64,000 nucleotides of DNA from positions 18,812 to 82,811 of the forward strand of contig CAYNZP010000011.1 in assembly GCA_964401835.1 (NCBI GenBank). The letters are read 5' to 3'. Below, piece by piece: positions 47,521 through 56,521 of this stretch (position 1 is its first letter; every line of letters begins with the position of its first letter). Below the pieces are notes generated by a model, which was not told where the DNA came from, did no database searches, and worked only from the letters and a program-made list of their open reading frames with translations. The translations under genes and the position numbers were made by a program. Origin of the DNA: an uncultured Planctomycetaceae bacterium. GTDB taxonomy: Bacteria > Planctomycetota > Phycisphaerae > SM23-33.

Positions 47521-47736
47521 ATGTTACGGAAACGAGCTACATTTCTCGCCCTCCTTTTGGCGTGGATGCCAATCGGCGGGCAAATTCAATTGGCCTTGGC
47601 GGACCACATGCCCGGGATCGAACTTCCGCCATTCAAGGCAGCTTTCTACTTTGATGCCTACCAAATGGCTTTGATTTGCGGGTGTGTGTGCGTGCTGGCA
47701 TTGACAGCTGGCATGCGTTTCATGGACAGAAAGTGA
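47521..47736 (+). CDS. Possible small membrane protein
   Basis: 71 aa, signal-like N-terminus and C-terminal TM, AGGA 9 nt upstream; no family recognised. Confidence 0.35.
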   Translation: MLRKRATFLALLLAWMPIGGQIQLALADHMPGIELPPFKAAFYFDAYQMALICGCVCVLALTAGMRFMDRK

Positions 47737-47790
47737 AACCTGCGTTAGCGAGGCAAACAACCTACATATCTTCATGCGGCCGTTTGTAAT

Positions 47791-48501
47791 TTACAGGCCG
47801 AACTGTATCGCAAGGCCACACAGTAGAATTGTGGCCCCGGCAAAAGCATGGCTGAACCTTTCGAGCTTGCCTGCATGAACAAACTTCAGGCCGCTGCTGG
47901 CCAGCATGACAACCACCATCATAGTGCTGATTGTCGCTACTGCGAAAGTTGCCGTAATCAAGCAAAGTGCGAAAAGACTCTGCTTGGCAGCGGGGTACAT
48001 CAAAATCGGGATAAGCGGCTCGCATGGGCCGAAGACAAAAATCGTAAACAGAACCCATGGCGTAAAGTTCCTGGCGGACTTTCGATCGTGAACGTGCGTG
48101 TGCTCGTCGTTGTGGGAATGTTCATGCGCGTGCAAATCGGCATCGGCATGGGCGTGAATGTGGGTGTGCTTCTTCCCGCGTATAGCTCTGCGGAGACCCC
48201 ATGCGAAATAGACAAGCCCGAAAGAAGTCAGAAGCCAGCCGGCAATCTCGCCGCGGAAAGATTCAACGAATTCCAGCTTCGTCAGCGCAATACCAAACCC
48301 CACGCCAGCAAGACCAAGGATAACCGAGCTGGCAACGTGGCCTAAACCACATAGAAGAGTTATCAAGGCGGTTTTAACTTTCGACCAATTCCGCGCCTTG
48401 CTCATAGCCACAAATGGCAAATAGTGGTCAGGACCAAGCAAGGTATGAACCAGACCTATAGAACCAGCTGTTGCGGCGAGTGCGAGTATTTCCGATGGCA
48501 T
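47791..48501 (-). CDS. Nickel/cobalt transporter-like membrane protein (UreH/HupE/NiCoT-related) with His-rich loop
   Basis: HTLLGPDH, GLGH, HTHIHAHADADLHAHEHSHNDEHTHVH, GPCEPL, several TM segments. Confidence 0.8.
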   Translation of the reverse strand: MPSEILALAATAGSIGLVHTLLGPDHYLPFVAMSKARNWSKVKTALITLLCGLGHVASSVILGLAGVGFGIALTKLEFVESFRGEIAGWLLTSFGLVYFAWGLRRAIRGKKHTHIHAHADADLHAHEHSHNDEHTHVHDRKSARNFTPWVLFTIFVFGPCEPLIPILMYPAAKQSLFALCLITATFAVATISTMMVVVMLASSGLKFVHAGKLERFSHAFAGATILLCGLAIQFGL

Positions 48502-48734
48502 CTTACAACTCCAAACAACCAGACAAACAATACGTATTATTATTCTAGCTTTTTTTACTACGAAAACCGTTATTACGAAAGCTAAAAATCGTATTACTTG
48601 GAAATTTTCGTGTTAAATCCACTCTGTCCCACTCAAAACCCTCTTTAAATAAAGAAAAATTTTGGTAAGATGCCTGGTTCTGCTAACTTGAGGATGTTGA
48701 AAGTAAGAAGTAATTAACCACAGGATTTGAAGAA

Positions 48735-49733
48735 ATGTCAAAGCATGTTGCGATAATGGGCGCCACAGGCGCGGTTGGTCAGGAATTTTTAGAGATTCTC
48801 CAGCAGCGGAACTTTCCGCTTGCGAGTTTGAAGCTGCTGTCTTCTTCTCGCTCAGCCGGTAAGAAAATAAACTTCGCCGGCGAAGAGCTTACAGTTGAAG
48901 AGCTTGACGAAAACAGCTTCGAGGGAATCGATCTGGTTCTGTCCTCAGCCGGTGGCAGCATCTCCGAAAAGTACGACCCGATAGCTGTCGAAGCTGGCGC
49001 GGTCGTGGTCGATAACACTTCGGCGTTCCGAATGGACCCCGAAGTGCCGCTTGTCGTTCCGGAAGTCAACCCCGAGGACATCAAAAGCCACAAGGGAATC
49101 ATCGCCAACCCGAACTGCTCGACGATCATCATGAACGTGCCGGTCTGGCCGCTGCACCAGGTACATACGCTTGAACGTGTTGTTGTCAGCACATACCAGG
49201 CTGCCAGCGGTGCAGGCGCCGCGGCGATGGCTGAGCTTAAAGAAGGCGCAAAGGCTTTTCTGGAAGGCAGGGAATTTACGCCAACAGTCCTGCCACACCC
49301 GGCTGCCTTCAACGTATTCAGCCACAACAGCGATATTGGCGAAGACGGCTACAACGTCGAGGAGCGCAAGATGATCCTCGAGACGCGGAAAATCTTCCAC
49401 GAAGAGAAGATTCGTATCACCGCCACCTGCGTACGCGTGCCGGTAATGCGGGCCCATTGTGAGTCGATAAACCTGGAATTCGCCAACCCGATAAGCCCGG
49501 ATGAGGTTCGGGAAATTCTCTCGGGCGCACCGGGCATAAAGATCGTCGACGATGTCGAGAAGAACTACTTCCCGATGCCGCTGGACGCTACAGGCCAGGA
49601 TGATATCCTCGTCGGCAGAATCCGCCAGGACCTCTCGCAGGGCGAGAACCGCGGAATTGAACTGTTTGTCAGTGGCGACCAGATACGCAAAGGCGCTGCA
49701 CTCAACGCAGTCCAGATAGCTGAAATGCTTTAG
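48735..49733 (+). CDS. asd: Aspartate-semialdehyde dehydrogenase
   Basis: GATGAVG, VDNTSAFRM, IIANPNCST, STYQAASGAG, TCVRVPV, DQIRKGAALNAVQIAE. Confidence 0.96.
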   Translation: MSKHVAIMGATGAVGQEFLEILQQRNFPLASLKLLSSSRSAGKKINFAGEELTVEELDENSFEGIDLVLSSAGGSISEKYDPIAVEAGAVVVDNTSAFRMDPEVPLVVPEVNPEDIKSHKGIIANPNCSTIIMNVPVWPLHQVHTLERVVVSTYQAASGAGAAAMAELKEGAKAFLEGREFTPTVLPHPAAFNVFSHNSDIGEDGYNVEERKMILETRKIFHEEKIRITATCVRVPVMRAHCESINLEFANPISPDEVREILSGAPGIKIVDDVEKNYFPMPLDATGQDDILVGRIRQDLSQGENRGIELFVSGDQIRKGAALNAVQIAEML

Positions 49734-49766
49734 AGCATTTAGCCCTCAGCAGTCAGACTTATTTAT

Positions 49767-49796
49767 GCGGCGGTCTTCCAAGGCCGCCGCTTTTTT
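49767..49796 (+). terminator. Intrinsic terminator after asd
   Basis: gcggcggtc-ttccaa-ggccgccgc followed by T6. Confidence 0.8.
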
Positions 49797-49806
49797 GTAA
49801 CAATAA

Positions 49807-50583
49807 ATGCGGAAAAGTGCGGAAATGAACGAACAGGCACCACGTCGAAATATAAAACTTGTTGTCGCATACAACGGCGCCGCCTACCACGGCTGGCAGA
49901 GGCAGGCTGATGGTATCGAGACTGTCCAGGAGCATATCGAGAATGTCGCAGGCAGGCTTATGCGGCATCCGGTGATTGTTTTCGGTGCAGGCCGGACCGA
50001 TGCCGGCGTCCACGCAGCGGGCCAGGTAGCGAATTTTTATACGACTAATTTCTCTATTCCGCTCAAGGGCATGCGCCGGGCTATGAATTCCCGACTGCCT
50101 CGTGATATCGCGATTCGCTCTGCAACCGAAGTGCCGGAAAGCTTCCATGCCTCACGTTCGGCTGTCGGCAAGACGTACCATTACCGACTTTACGTCGCAC
50201 CCACACGGCCGGTCGAGCTGCACAAGCTGGTTTACCACTACTGGCGCCCACTGGATATTGAACCCATGCAGGACGCCGCACGCCGTCTGGTCGGTGAGCA
50301 TGATTTTCGCGGCTTCGCCTCGTCAGCTGAGGACCGTGAAACAACTGTCCGAACCATCTACCGCTGCGAGGTCTGCCAGGACGGCCCGGAAGTGCAAGTA
50401 AGCGTTCAGGGCAACGGGTTCCTGTATAACATGGTGCGTAATATCGTCGGGACGCTGATAGAGGTAGGCCGGGGCCACTGGGAGCCGGCAAGAATAGACA
50501 AAATAATCGCCTCATGCGACCGCCACGACGCCGGGCCAACCGCCCCACCTGACGGCCTGTCGCTTATGTGTGTTCATTACTAA
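49807..50583 (+). CDS. truA: tRNA pseudouridine(38-40) synthase
   Basis: YNGAAYHGWQRQ, GAGRTDAGVHA, HDFRGF, GNGFLYNMVRNIVG, TAPPDGL. Confidence 0.95.
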   Translation: MRKSAEMNEQAPRRNIKLVVAYNGAAYHGWQRQADGIETVQEHIENVAGRLMRHPVIVFGAGRTDAGVHAAGQVANFYTTNFSIPLKGMRRAMNSRLPRDIAIRSATEVPESFHASRSAVGKTYHYRLYVAPTRPVELHKLVYHYWRPLDIEPMQDAARRLVGEHDFRGFASSAEDRETTVRTIYRCEVCQDGPEVQVSVQGNGFLYNMVRNIVGTLIEVGRGHWEPARIDKIIASCDRHDAGPTAPPDGLSLMCVHY

Positions 50584-50624
50584 ATAAGCATGCTATAATA
50601 CCTTCCGGGAAAAGGACCTCTTTC

Positions 50625-50879
50625 ATGACAGATACGAAGGAAAAAGCACACCTGCCTTTGGGATTGCGCCTGATGGCAGCCTTTTGCAAAATATGCCCGT
50701 GTTGCCTAATTTCGCACCGCTGGCCAAATTCAACATTTGCCAGAAAATTCAAGCAAATTCAGCACCTTTGCCCGTTCTGCCGAGCCCAGGAAAAAGTAAT
50801 AAAGATAAAGGCAGAATTCGAACGTGAAAAACAGGTCCCTGTAAACACCTATCGCAAAGAGCCCGCTTCGGCTAAATAG
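50625..50879 (+). CDS. Small Cys-rich protein (CxxCPCC...CPFC)
   Basis: AAAGGA RBS before ATG 50625; FCKICPCC...HLCPFCRAQ; terminator downstream. Confidence 0.6.
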   Translation: MTDTKEKAHLPLGLRLMAAFCKICPCCLISHRWPNSTFARKFKQIQHLCPFCRAQEKVIKIKAEFEREKQVPVNTYRKEPASAK

Positions 50880-50899
50880 GACAAGCCAAGTGTCCAAAT

Positions 50900-50933
50900 A
50901 AAAAAGGCGAGTCAAATGGCTCGCCTTTTTTTT
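50900..50933. terminator. Bidirectional intrinsic terminator
   Basis: aaaaaaggcgagtc-aaat-ggctcgcc followed by T8. Confidence 0.85.
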
Positions 50934-50960
50934 AAACTTTTTTGCATTATATTATTCAGA

Positions 50961-52007
50961 TTATTTCTTTCTCCGTTTGAACCTTATCACTGCCAAGCTG
51001 CCAACGGCCAACAGCGACAGCGTGGCTGGCTCTGGAACAACAATGCTTAATGGGTCCAGAGTTTGGGATAAGTTCATGTCATAAAATGACGGCTTGCCAT
51101 TACCTTTACCGCCCCCATTTCCACCGCCATTGCCACCGCCGTTTCCTCCCCCTTTACCTGGCTTACCGCCTCCACCGCCTCCGGAAATTACATCTTCAAT
51201 CCAGCCGCTGAAAACGGAAACCCGGGTAAATCCCCCAATATCACCATAATCGGCATCAAGATCGCCATCGAATGTAGCTAAAAATGAATTTACGCCAGCC
51301 AAAAGTGGACCGGCTTCATCTCCAACTAAATCAATAAACACCCCGCCGCCACTGTCGCCCGGAGCAATCTGAAACTCTAAATCCAACGGAAGGGACGAAC
51401 CGTAGGAATTGTCAGCCGGGTCGAGTGGATTATCGAAGTCCGAAAGGAATATTTGCGGAGTCTTTTTAGGATGTGTCCTATAAAATGCGTCTATCGTGTT
51501 CTCGCCGGCACGCTTTTGTCCGTCATAGGTGGTTGCGCCGCTCAGTCCATCTCCAGTTAAGCCATAGCCAACAGAAACGCCATCAGTGCCAAATTCATTC
51601 CGGCCCGAATAAATCGCAGCCGGGTTAATCCCGGAAACTTCTGAGTCCAACCTGGCCAACCCAACATCATATCCCTTAAGCAAATCGCCTTCCCACTTTG
51701 GATGGGCAATCCAGTCCACAGCTGAAAAGGTCTGTCCGCCAATGGTGAAATCAAGCGACGACGCGCTATCCACAACATGGGCAGCCGTCAGGACCCAGTT
51801 AGATGATACCAGCGTCCCGGAAGCGAGATAATTGTCCGCTCCGATGCTGAAATCGAATCTGCCTACCGGGTTGTACGAAGAACTTGCCGCAAGATTCAAA
51901 TATGATTGCGGGTCAACATCATGGCGTATTGTTCCTGCAAAAGTCGATGCGGACAGGCCAAATGAAACTATAAGAACGGCTGCAAGGAAATATCTTGGCA
52001 CTTGCAT
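50961..52007 (-). CDS. Secreted trypsin-like (S1) serine protease with PEP-CTERM sorting signal
   Basis: Signal peptide, VLTAAH, YDVGL, GDSGG triad motifs; Gly-rich linker; VPEPATLSLLAVGSLAVIRFKRRK. Confidence 0.92.
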   Translation of the reverse strand: MQVPRYFLAAVLIVSFGLSASTFAGTIRHDVDPQSYLNLAASSSYNPVGRFDFSIGADNYLASGTLVSSNWVLTAAHVVDSASSLDFTIGGQTFSAVDWIAHPKWEGDLLKGYDVGLARLDSEVSGINPAAIYSGRNEFGTDGVSVGYGLTGDGLSGATTYDGQKRAGENTIDAFYRTHPKKTPQIFLSDFDNPLDPADNSYGSSLPLDLEFQIAPGDSGGGVFIDLVGDEAGPLLAGVNSFLATFDGDLDADYGDIGGFTRVSVFSGWIEDVISGGGGGGKPGKGGGNGGGNGGGNGGGKGNGKPSFYDMNLSQTLDPLSIVVPEPATLSLLAVGSLAVIRFKRRKK

Positions 52008-52176
52008 GCTATTAATCCTCCAGAATAGGTTTTTGTGCCTTTAATCAAAGGCAACAGGCTCGATAAAGATTATATAGGAGGACCCAGAAACTGGCAAGAA
52101 ATGATATTTGGCACTTTTGGCGCATAAAAATGGTGGCACTAAGCCATTTCCCGCTAAAAGCCTTTCCTATTGCCAC

Positions 52177-52205
52177 TTGAAACGTCTCGCATTGCAACGT
52201 ATAAA
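52177..52205 (+). promoter_or_regulatory. Sigma70-type promoter for dnaN
   Basis: TTGAAA-N17-TATAAA. Confidence 0.6.
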
Positions 52206-52248
52206 CACGCATTGGAAATCTGACATTTCAAAGAAGGAAGAATCGATT

Positions 52249-53349
52249 ATGAAGGTTATCGCACAGACAACTGCGTTGCAGGAGGCATTGGCACTTGTCG
52301 GCAGTATCGTAGCGACACGCACTCCCAAGCCGGTATTGCAATGCGTCAAACTCATCGCCAAGGACGACACACTGACACTGCTGGCAACCGACCTCGAAGC
52401 CGGGGCCCGTTATCAGATAACAGCTGTACAGATCGAGGCCGAAGGCGAAGCACTTATCCCGGCAGACAGGCTCAGCGGCATTGTTCGCGAGTCATCCTCT
52501 GAAGAGAGCCTGACGATTGAAACCGACAAGCAGACAGTTCACGTCGAAGGTGCCGGCAGCCACTTTAAGATTTTCGGTTATGACGCGGGCGAATACCCAG
52601 CCGTCGCAGAATTCAACGAAGACCCGGATTTTCAGGTCCCCGCGACAGTTTTGGCTAATGCCATCGGCAAGACTCTTTTCGCCACTGCTAAGGCACACAG
52701 CCATTATGCGATAAGCGGCGTTCTCTGGGAAGCATCCGGCAAGAAGCTGATGCTGGTAGCGACAGACGGGCATCGCCTTGCACAGGCCAGGGGTTCGCTT
52801 AGCAAGTCGACCAAGGGCGACATTGCAGCTATCGTTCCAGCCAAGCTTATGGGTCTTATCCAGAGGATAGCCGGCGACGGCGAAGAAACTCTCGATATCA
52901 AGATCAGCGAAAATCAGATCCTTATCCGCACCGCAAGAGCGGTTCTTGTCAGCTCGCTTGTCCAGGGCAACTTCCCGAAATATGGAGATGTAATACCCAA
53001 GGACTGCTCTATAAAGGCTACTATAAATACCGGGGAATTAGAGCATCGCACCCGACAGGCGGCCCTGCTGACAAACGAAGAATCCAAGGGCGTCAGGTTA
53101 AGTTTCAAGTCAGGGCAGGTGACACTTTCCAGCCGGGCACCGGAAACCGGCGAGGCGGAAGTAAACTGCCCAATAGAGTACGAAGGCAGCGATCTGGAAA
53201 TTGCGTTCAACCCGGCATTCCTGACCGACGCAATGCGTGTAATCGAGACAGACCAGATTACCATTGAGATGAATGCCTCAAACAAGCCGGCAGTTATCAA
53301 GTCCGGAAGCGACTTTTTATACGTTTTGATGCCTGTCGATCTGGGTTGA
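52249..53349 (+). CDS. dnaN: DNA polymerase III beta sliding clamp
   Basis: ATDLE, VATDGHRLA, GNFPKY, IAFNPAFL, YVLMPV; AAGGAAG RBS. Confidence 0.95.
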   Translation: MKVIAQTTALQEALALVGSIVATRTPKPVLQCVKLIAKDDTLTLLATDLEAGARYQITAVQIEAEGEALIPADRLSGIVRESSSEESLTIETDKQTVHVEGAGSHFKIFGYDAGEYPAVAEFNEDPDFQVPATVLANAIGKTLFATAKAHSHYAISGVLWEASGKKLMLVATDGHRLAQARGSLSKSTKGDIAAIVPAKLMGLIQRIAGDGEETLDIKISENQILIRTARAVLVSSLVQGNFPKYGDVIPKDCSIKATINTGELEHRTRQAALLTNEESKGVRLSFKSGQVTLSSRAPETGEAEVNCPIEYEGSDLEIAFNPAFLTDAMRVIETDQITIEMNASNKPAVIKSGSDFLYVLMPVDLG

Positions 53350-53515
53350 TTTTTTTCTTCAAATAAATATAAAAGTTTCTGTCTTGACTATGGCGATGAA
53401 ATTAATAGTCTGTTGGCAATAGCAGTGTGTAACAGCCTGCTGAATCCGCCCGAGTTTTTTGATTTTGCGGATGCTTGCGGTCAAGGATGTCCGAGCCGGT
53501 AACTAAGGTGCACTC

Positions 53516-53896
53516 ATGGATGATGCTCAACTGAGAACTATCTGGCAGCAACGACAAAAACGCCCAGGTTTTGGGCACCTCAGCCAGTCTCTAACCTTCC
53601 TGATGAAACGCACTCTTGCAAAGAAAGTACGCCAGCTTCAAAACCTGGCGGAAATCTGGGATGAAGTCATTCCACAAAACCTGGCCGAACACACAGCCCT
53701 TGAAAGCTTCAGCCAAGGCGTATTGACCGTAATCGTCGATTCAGCCTCGCACCGCTTTCATCTTGAGACGCTACTGAGAAGTGGGATATTCAAAGAGATT
53801 CAATCCCGCTCTATCGGAGCAATCAACAGAGTAAAGATCGTGCCGGGACAGTTCAGCTCGGTGGACATGGCCGGTCAGCAAAGATACGAATTTTAG
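53516..53896 (+). CDS. DUF721/DciA-family protein
   Basis: LAEIWDEVI...HT..ESFSQGVLTVIVDSASHRFHL; position directly after dnaN. Confidence 0.75.
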   Translation: MDDAQLRTIWQQRQKRPGFGHLSQSLTFLMKRTLAKKVRQLQNLAEIWDEVIPQNLAEHTALESFSQGVLTVIVDSASHRFHLETLLRSGIFKEIQSRSIGAINRVKIVPGQFSSVDMAGQQRYEF

Positions 53897-54018
53897 ATTA
53901 GTCGCCGGAAGCTCTTTTTGTTCAACGCTTCTGCTTAACTTGCTTAAGTACTAAATAAGCCAAACAGCGGTCGTCTGTTCTTCCCCTTTGGGGATAGTTG
54001 GCCAGCATAGCAGTGATA

Positions 54019-54058
54019 ATCTGCCGGTGGATCCCTCCTCCATCGGCAGATATTTTTT
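54019..54058 (+). terminator. Probable terminator of the dnaN-DUF721 transcript
   Basis: atctgccg-g-tgga...tcca-t-cggcagat followed by aT6. Confidence 0.6.
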
Positions 54059-54205
54059 GGGGGAAATTTTTGGGGCAGAAATTACTGGGTCTTTTTTGCT
54101 CGGGGTTGAAACCAGGGCAAATTCCTCTGATAATGCCCGCATGAATCTTTTCGTCTGGAATGAACGTCTTTGAGGTAGGAAGGATTCTTTCACATCGGAG
54201 TAACT

Positions 54206-55078
54206 ATGGCTGAACCAATTGCATGCATCGCCGGCGAGGAAGTTTATCGACAGTGGGAAGCCGGAAGAATTTCCGGAAAAAAACTTGGCTCGCAGGAAAC
54301 ACCTTTTGGAAAAAGCGGCGAAATTTTTCTCGTCCGCTCAGACGGAGAAGATTTCTACCTACTGAGCCGCTACGGGCTGGGCATGGACAAAACTGCGCCG
54401 GGCACGGTCAACTATCTGGCCAACATGTATGCGATAAAGGAACTCGGCGTGCAGTACGTCCTGGCCTGGGGCCCGGGCGGTGCGATAACGCATAACATCG
54501 CAGTCGGCGATCTGGTGGTTCTGGAAGATGTAATCGATAGGACCCATCTTCGCTCAAAGACCTTTTTCGAGAATTCTCCACTCGGTTTTTTGCGGCAGTT
54601 TCCTGTTTTCTGCCCGACACTTCGCCGCGTTGCAGGCCAGGTTCTGCACGACATGAAGCTGCTTTATCACGGTTCGACGACAGCTGCCGTATGCGAAGGT
54701 CCCCGGTTTGAAACTCCCGCAGAGGTCAGGGCACTGGCAGCAGCCGGGGCCGAGATAGTAACGCACGCATTCGTGCCGGAAGTGTTTCTGGCCAAGGAGT
54801 TGGAGCTTTGTTATTCGGCGGTATGTTACATCGTCAATTTCGCCGAGACGGGCAGCCAGCATCGCCCATTTGCCGGGGCGGACCTTTTTGGCGGCCTGAC
54901 GCAGGTCTCCGACAGCGAGCGTCTCGCCGGTTCGGTCGGCGCTATGAGCCAGATAGTGGCCAAACTGGCAGCAGCTATTGACGAAAACAAAAAGGTCTGC
55001 GATTGCGATAAGACGCAGCAGGCCAACGTCTGCGATTATAAACTTTCCGAGGATTGGCAGGACTGGTTCGAACGATGA
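54206..55078 (+). CDS. MTAP-family purine nucleoside phosphorylase (probably methylthioinosine-type, divergent)
   Basis: ETPFG, VNYLANMYAIKELGV, FCPTLR, EGPRFETPAEV, EVFLAKELELCY, IVNFAE. Confidence 0.8.
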   Translation: MAEPIACIAGEEVYRQWEAGRISGKKLGSQETPFGKSGEIFLVRSDGEDFYLLSRYGLGMDKTAPGTVNYLANMYAIKELGVQYVLAWGPGGAITHNIAVGDLVVLEDVIDRTHLRSKTFFENSPLGFLRQFPVFCPTLRRVAGQVLHDMKLLYHGSTTAAVCEGPRFETPAEVRALAAAGAEIVTHAFVPEVFLAKELELCYSAVCYIVNFAETGSQHRPFAGADLFGGLTQVSDSERLAGSVGAMSQIVAKLAAAIDENKKVCDCDKTQQANVCDYKLSEDWQDWFER

Positions 55079-56292
55079 GCAACTCTGACGCCTGGAGCAT
55101 ATCGGCTGACTGGGTTATACCCGCTGACGGCAGCTGTCTCCGCAACGGCGCAGTTCGGGTGCGGGGCGAAACAATCGAAGCCCTCGGGCCAGCCGGCGAA
55201 GTAACTCCAGCCAAAAACCACCGCCACATCGAAAATGCAGCTATCCTGCCCGGACTCGTAAATGCCCATACGCATCTGGAACTTTCTCACTTACGAGGGG
55301 AACTGCCGCCCCACCGCCCCATGACGCAATGGCTGTTCGGCGTTTTTCGGCGAATGCCCCATGATTTGCAAATAGATTCTGCGGTCTCCGACGGCGCGAA
55401 AGAGGCCATTGAAACCGGCACGACTACGATAGCTGATATCTGCCATAACAACCGCTCATGGCAGACGCTGAAACAAAATCCGCTCCGTAAAGTCTGCTTT
55501 GCGGAAGTAACCGGCATAGGCCCAGCGGCAAAAGGCGCAGCCGGGCGTCTCGAAAGAAGCATAGAAGATGTCGAACCGGACGAGCGTTTGAGTTTCGGCC
55601 TGACGCCACACGCACCCTATTCAACCTCCGAGGAAATTTATCTACAGACCGTCGAGATGGCCCGAAAGCGCGGCTGGCTTTTATCGACGCACCTTGCTGA
55701 GACGCAGGAAGAGCGTGAGTTCATGCTGGAAGGCTCGGGCAAGTTCTTTGACTTTCTCGGACATCTGGGCCTGTTGAGCTCTTCGTTAGCTGTGCATAAG
55801 TGTAAGCCAGTTGAGTTCGCCCGACGTGTTGGCCTGCTCGAAGCCGGAGCCATACTGGTCCATTGCAACTATATAGATGACGACGAACTGAAGTTGCTGG
55901 CTGACTCGCCGGTGAGTGTTGTTTACTGTCCAAGGTCGAGCGACTTTTTCGCCCGCACCGGCCATCGCTATGGGCAAATGCTGGAGATGGGAATAAACGT
56001 CGCCATGGGAACAGACAGCCTTGCAAGCAACAGTTCACTGGATATGCTCGAAGAGATGCGGCGTATTCGCAAAGACAGCCTCGTCGATAATCAGACAATC
56101 CTGGAAATGGCTACCATAAATGGCGCAATAGCCCTGCGTATGGACTGCCAGATAGGCTCGCTGGCACCCGATAAATTTGCAGATTTCATAACCGTTGAAA
56201 TATCCCCGGATACAAAAGACCCACTCGAAGAAATCCTCACTGGCGATGGAAAAATTACAGAGACCTTTATCGCCGGGAAAAGTGTTCTTTAG
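55075..56292 (+). CDS. Metal-dependent amidohydrolase (MTA/SAH or aminofutalosine deaminase family)
   Basis: PGLVNAHTHLE, PHAPYS, THLAET, LVHCNY, CPRS, MGTDSLAS; ATG overlaps the upstream TGA. Confidence 0.88.
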   Translation: MSNSDAWSISADWVIPADGSCLRNGAVRVRGETIEALGPAGEVTPAKNHRHIENAAILPGLVNAHTHLELSHLRGELPPHRPMTQWLFGVFRRMPHDLQIDSAVSDGAKEAIETGTTTIADICHNNRSWQTLKQNPLRKVCFAEVTGIGPAAKGAAGRLERSIEDVEPDERLSFGLTPHAPYSTSEEIYLQTVEMARKRGWLLSTHLAETQEEREFMLEGSGKFFDFLGHLGLLSSSLAVHKCKPVEFARRVGLLEAGAILVHCNYIDDDELKLLADSPVSVVYCPRSSDFFARTGHRYGQMLEMGINVAMGTDSLASNSSLDMLEEMRRIRKDSLVDNQTILEMATINGAIALRMDCQIGSLAPDKFADFITVEISPDTKDPLEEILTGDGKITETFIAGKSVL

Positions 56293-56521
56293 AAAATAAA
56301 CTTAAATAGTCAATTTGCTATGTGAGTATAGTGGTGGGAGCCACCTTGTAGCATACCAATATTAGAGCCTTTCAGTTGGCCGTGTGGTGGGATTTGGGTT
56401 TGATTTTTCTTCTATTTTCATCTGCTTCTGGGCTTTTTCAGATGAAGATTGAGTTTGAACACAGGATTTCGCATAGACCACAAAAAAGGCAATAATAATC
56501 CAACTCACCAAACACGGACCG

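Noticed and set aside
53438-53515. c-di-AMP (ydaO) riboswitch, suggested by GCTGAATCC upstream of DUF721
   Set aside because: Region too short and lacks the GGAGGAA and GGGG core segments.
56329-56400. Degenerate REP-like hairpin (ggtgg-gag-ccacc) at the left edge of the third AT-rich island
   Set aside because: Only a 5-bp stem, and the GTAG lies on the wrong side; too weak to call.
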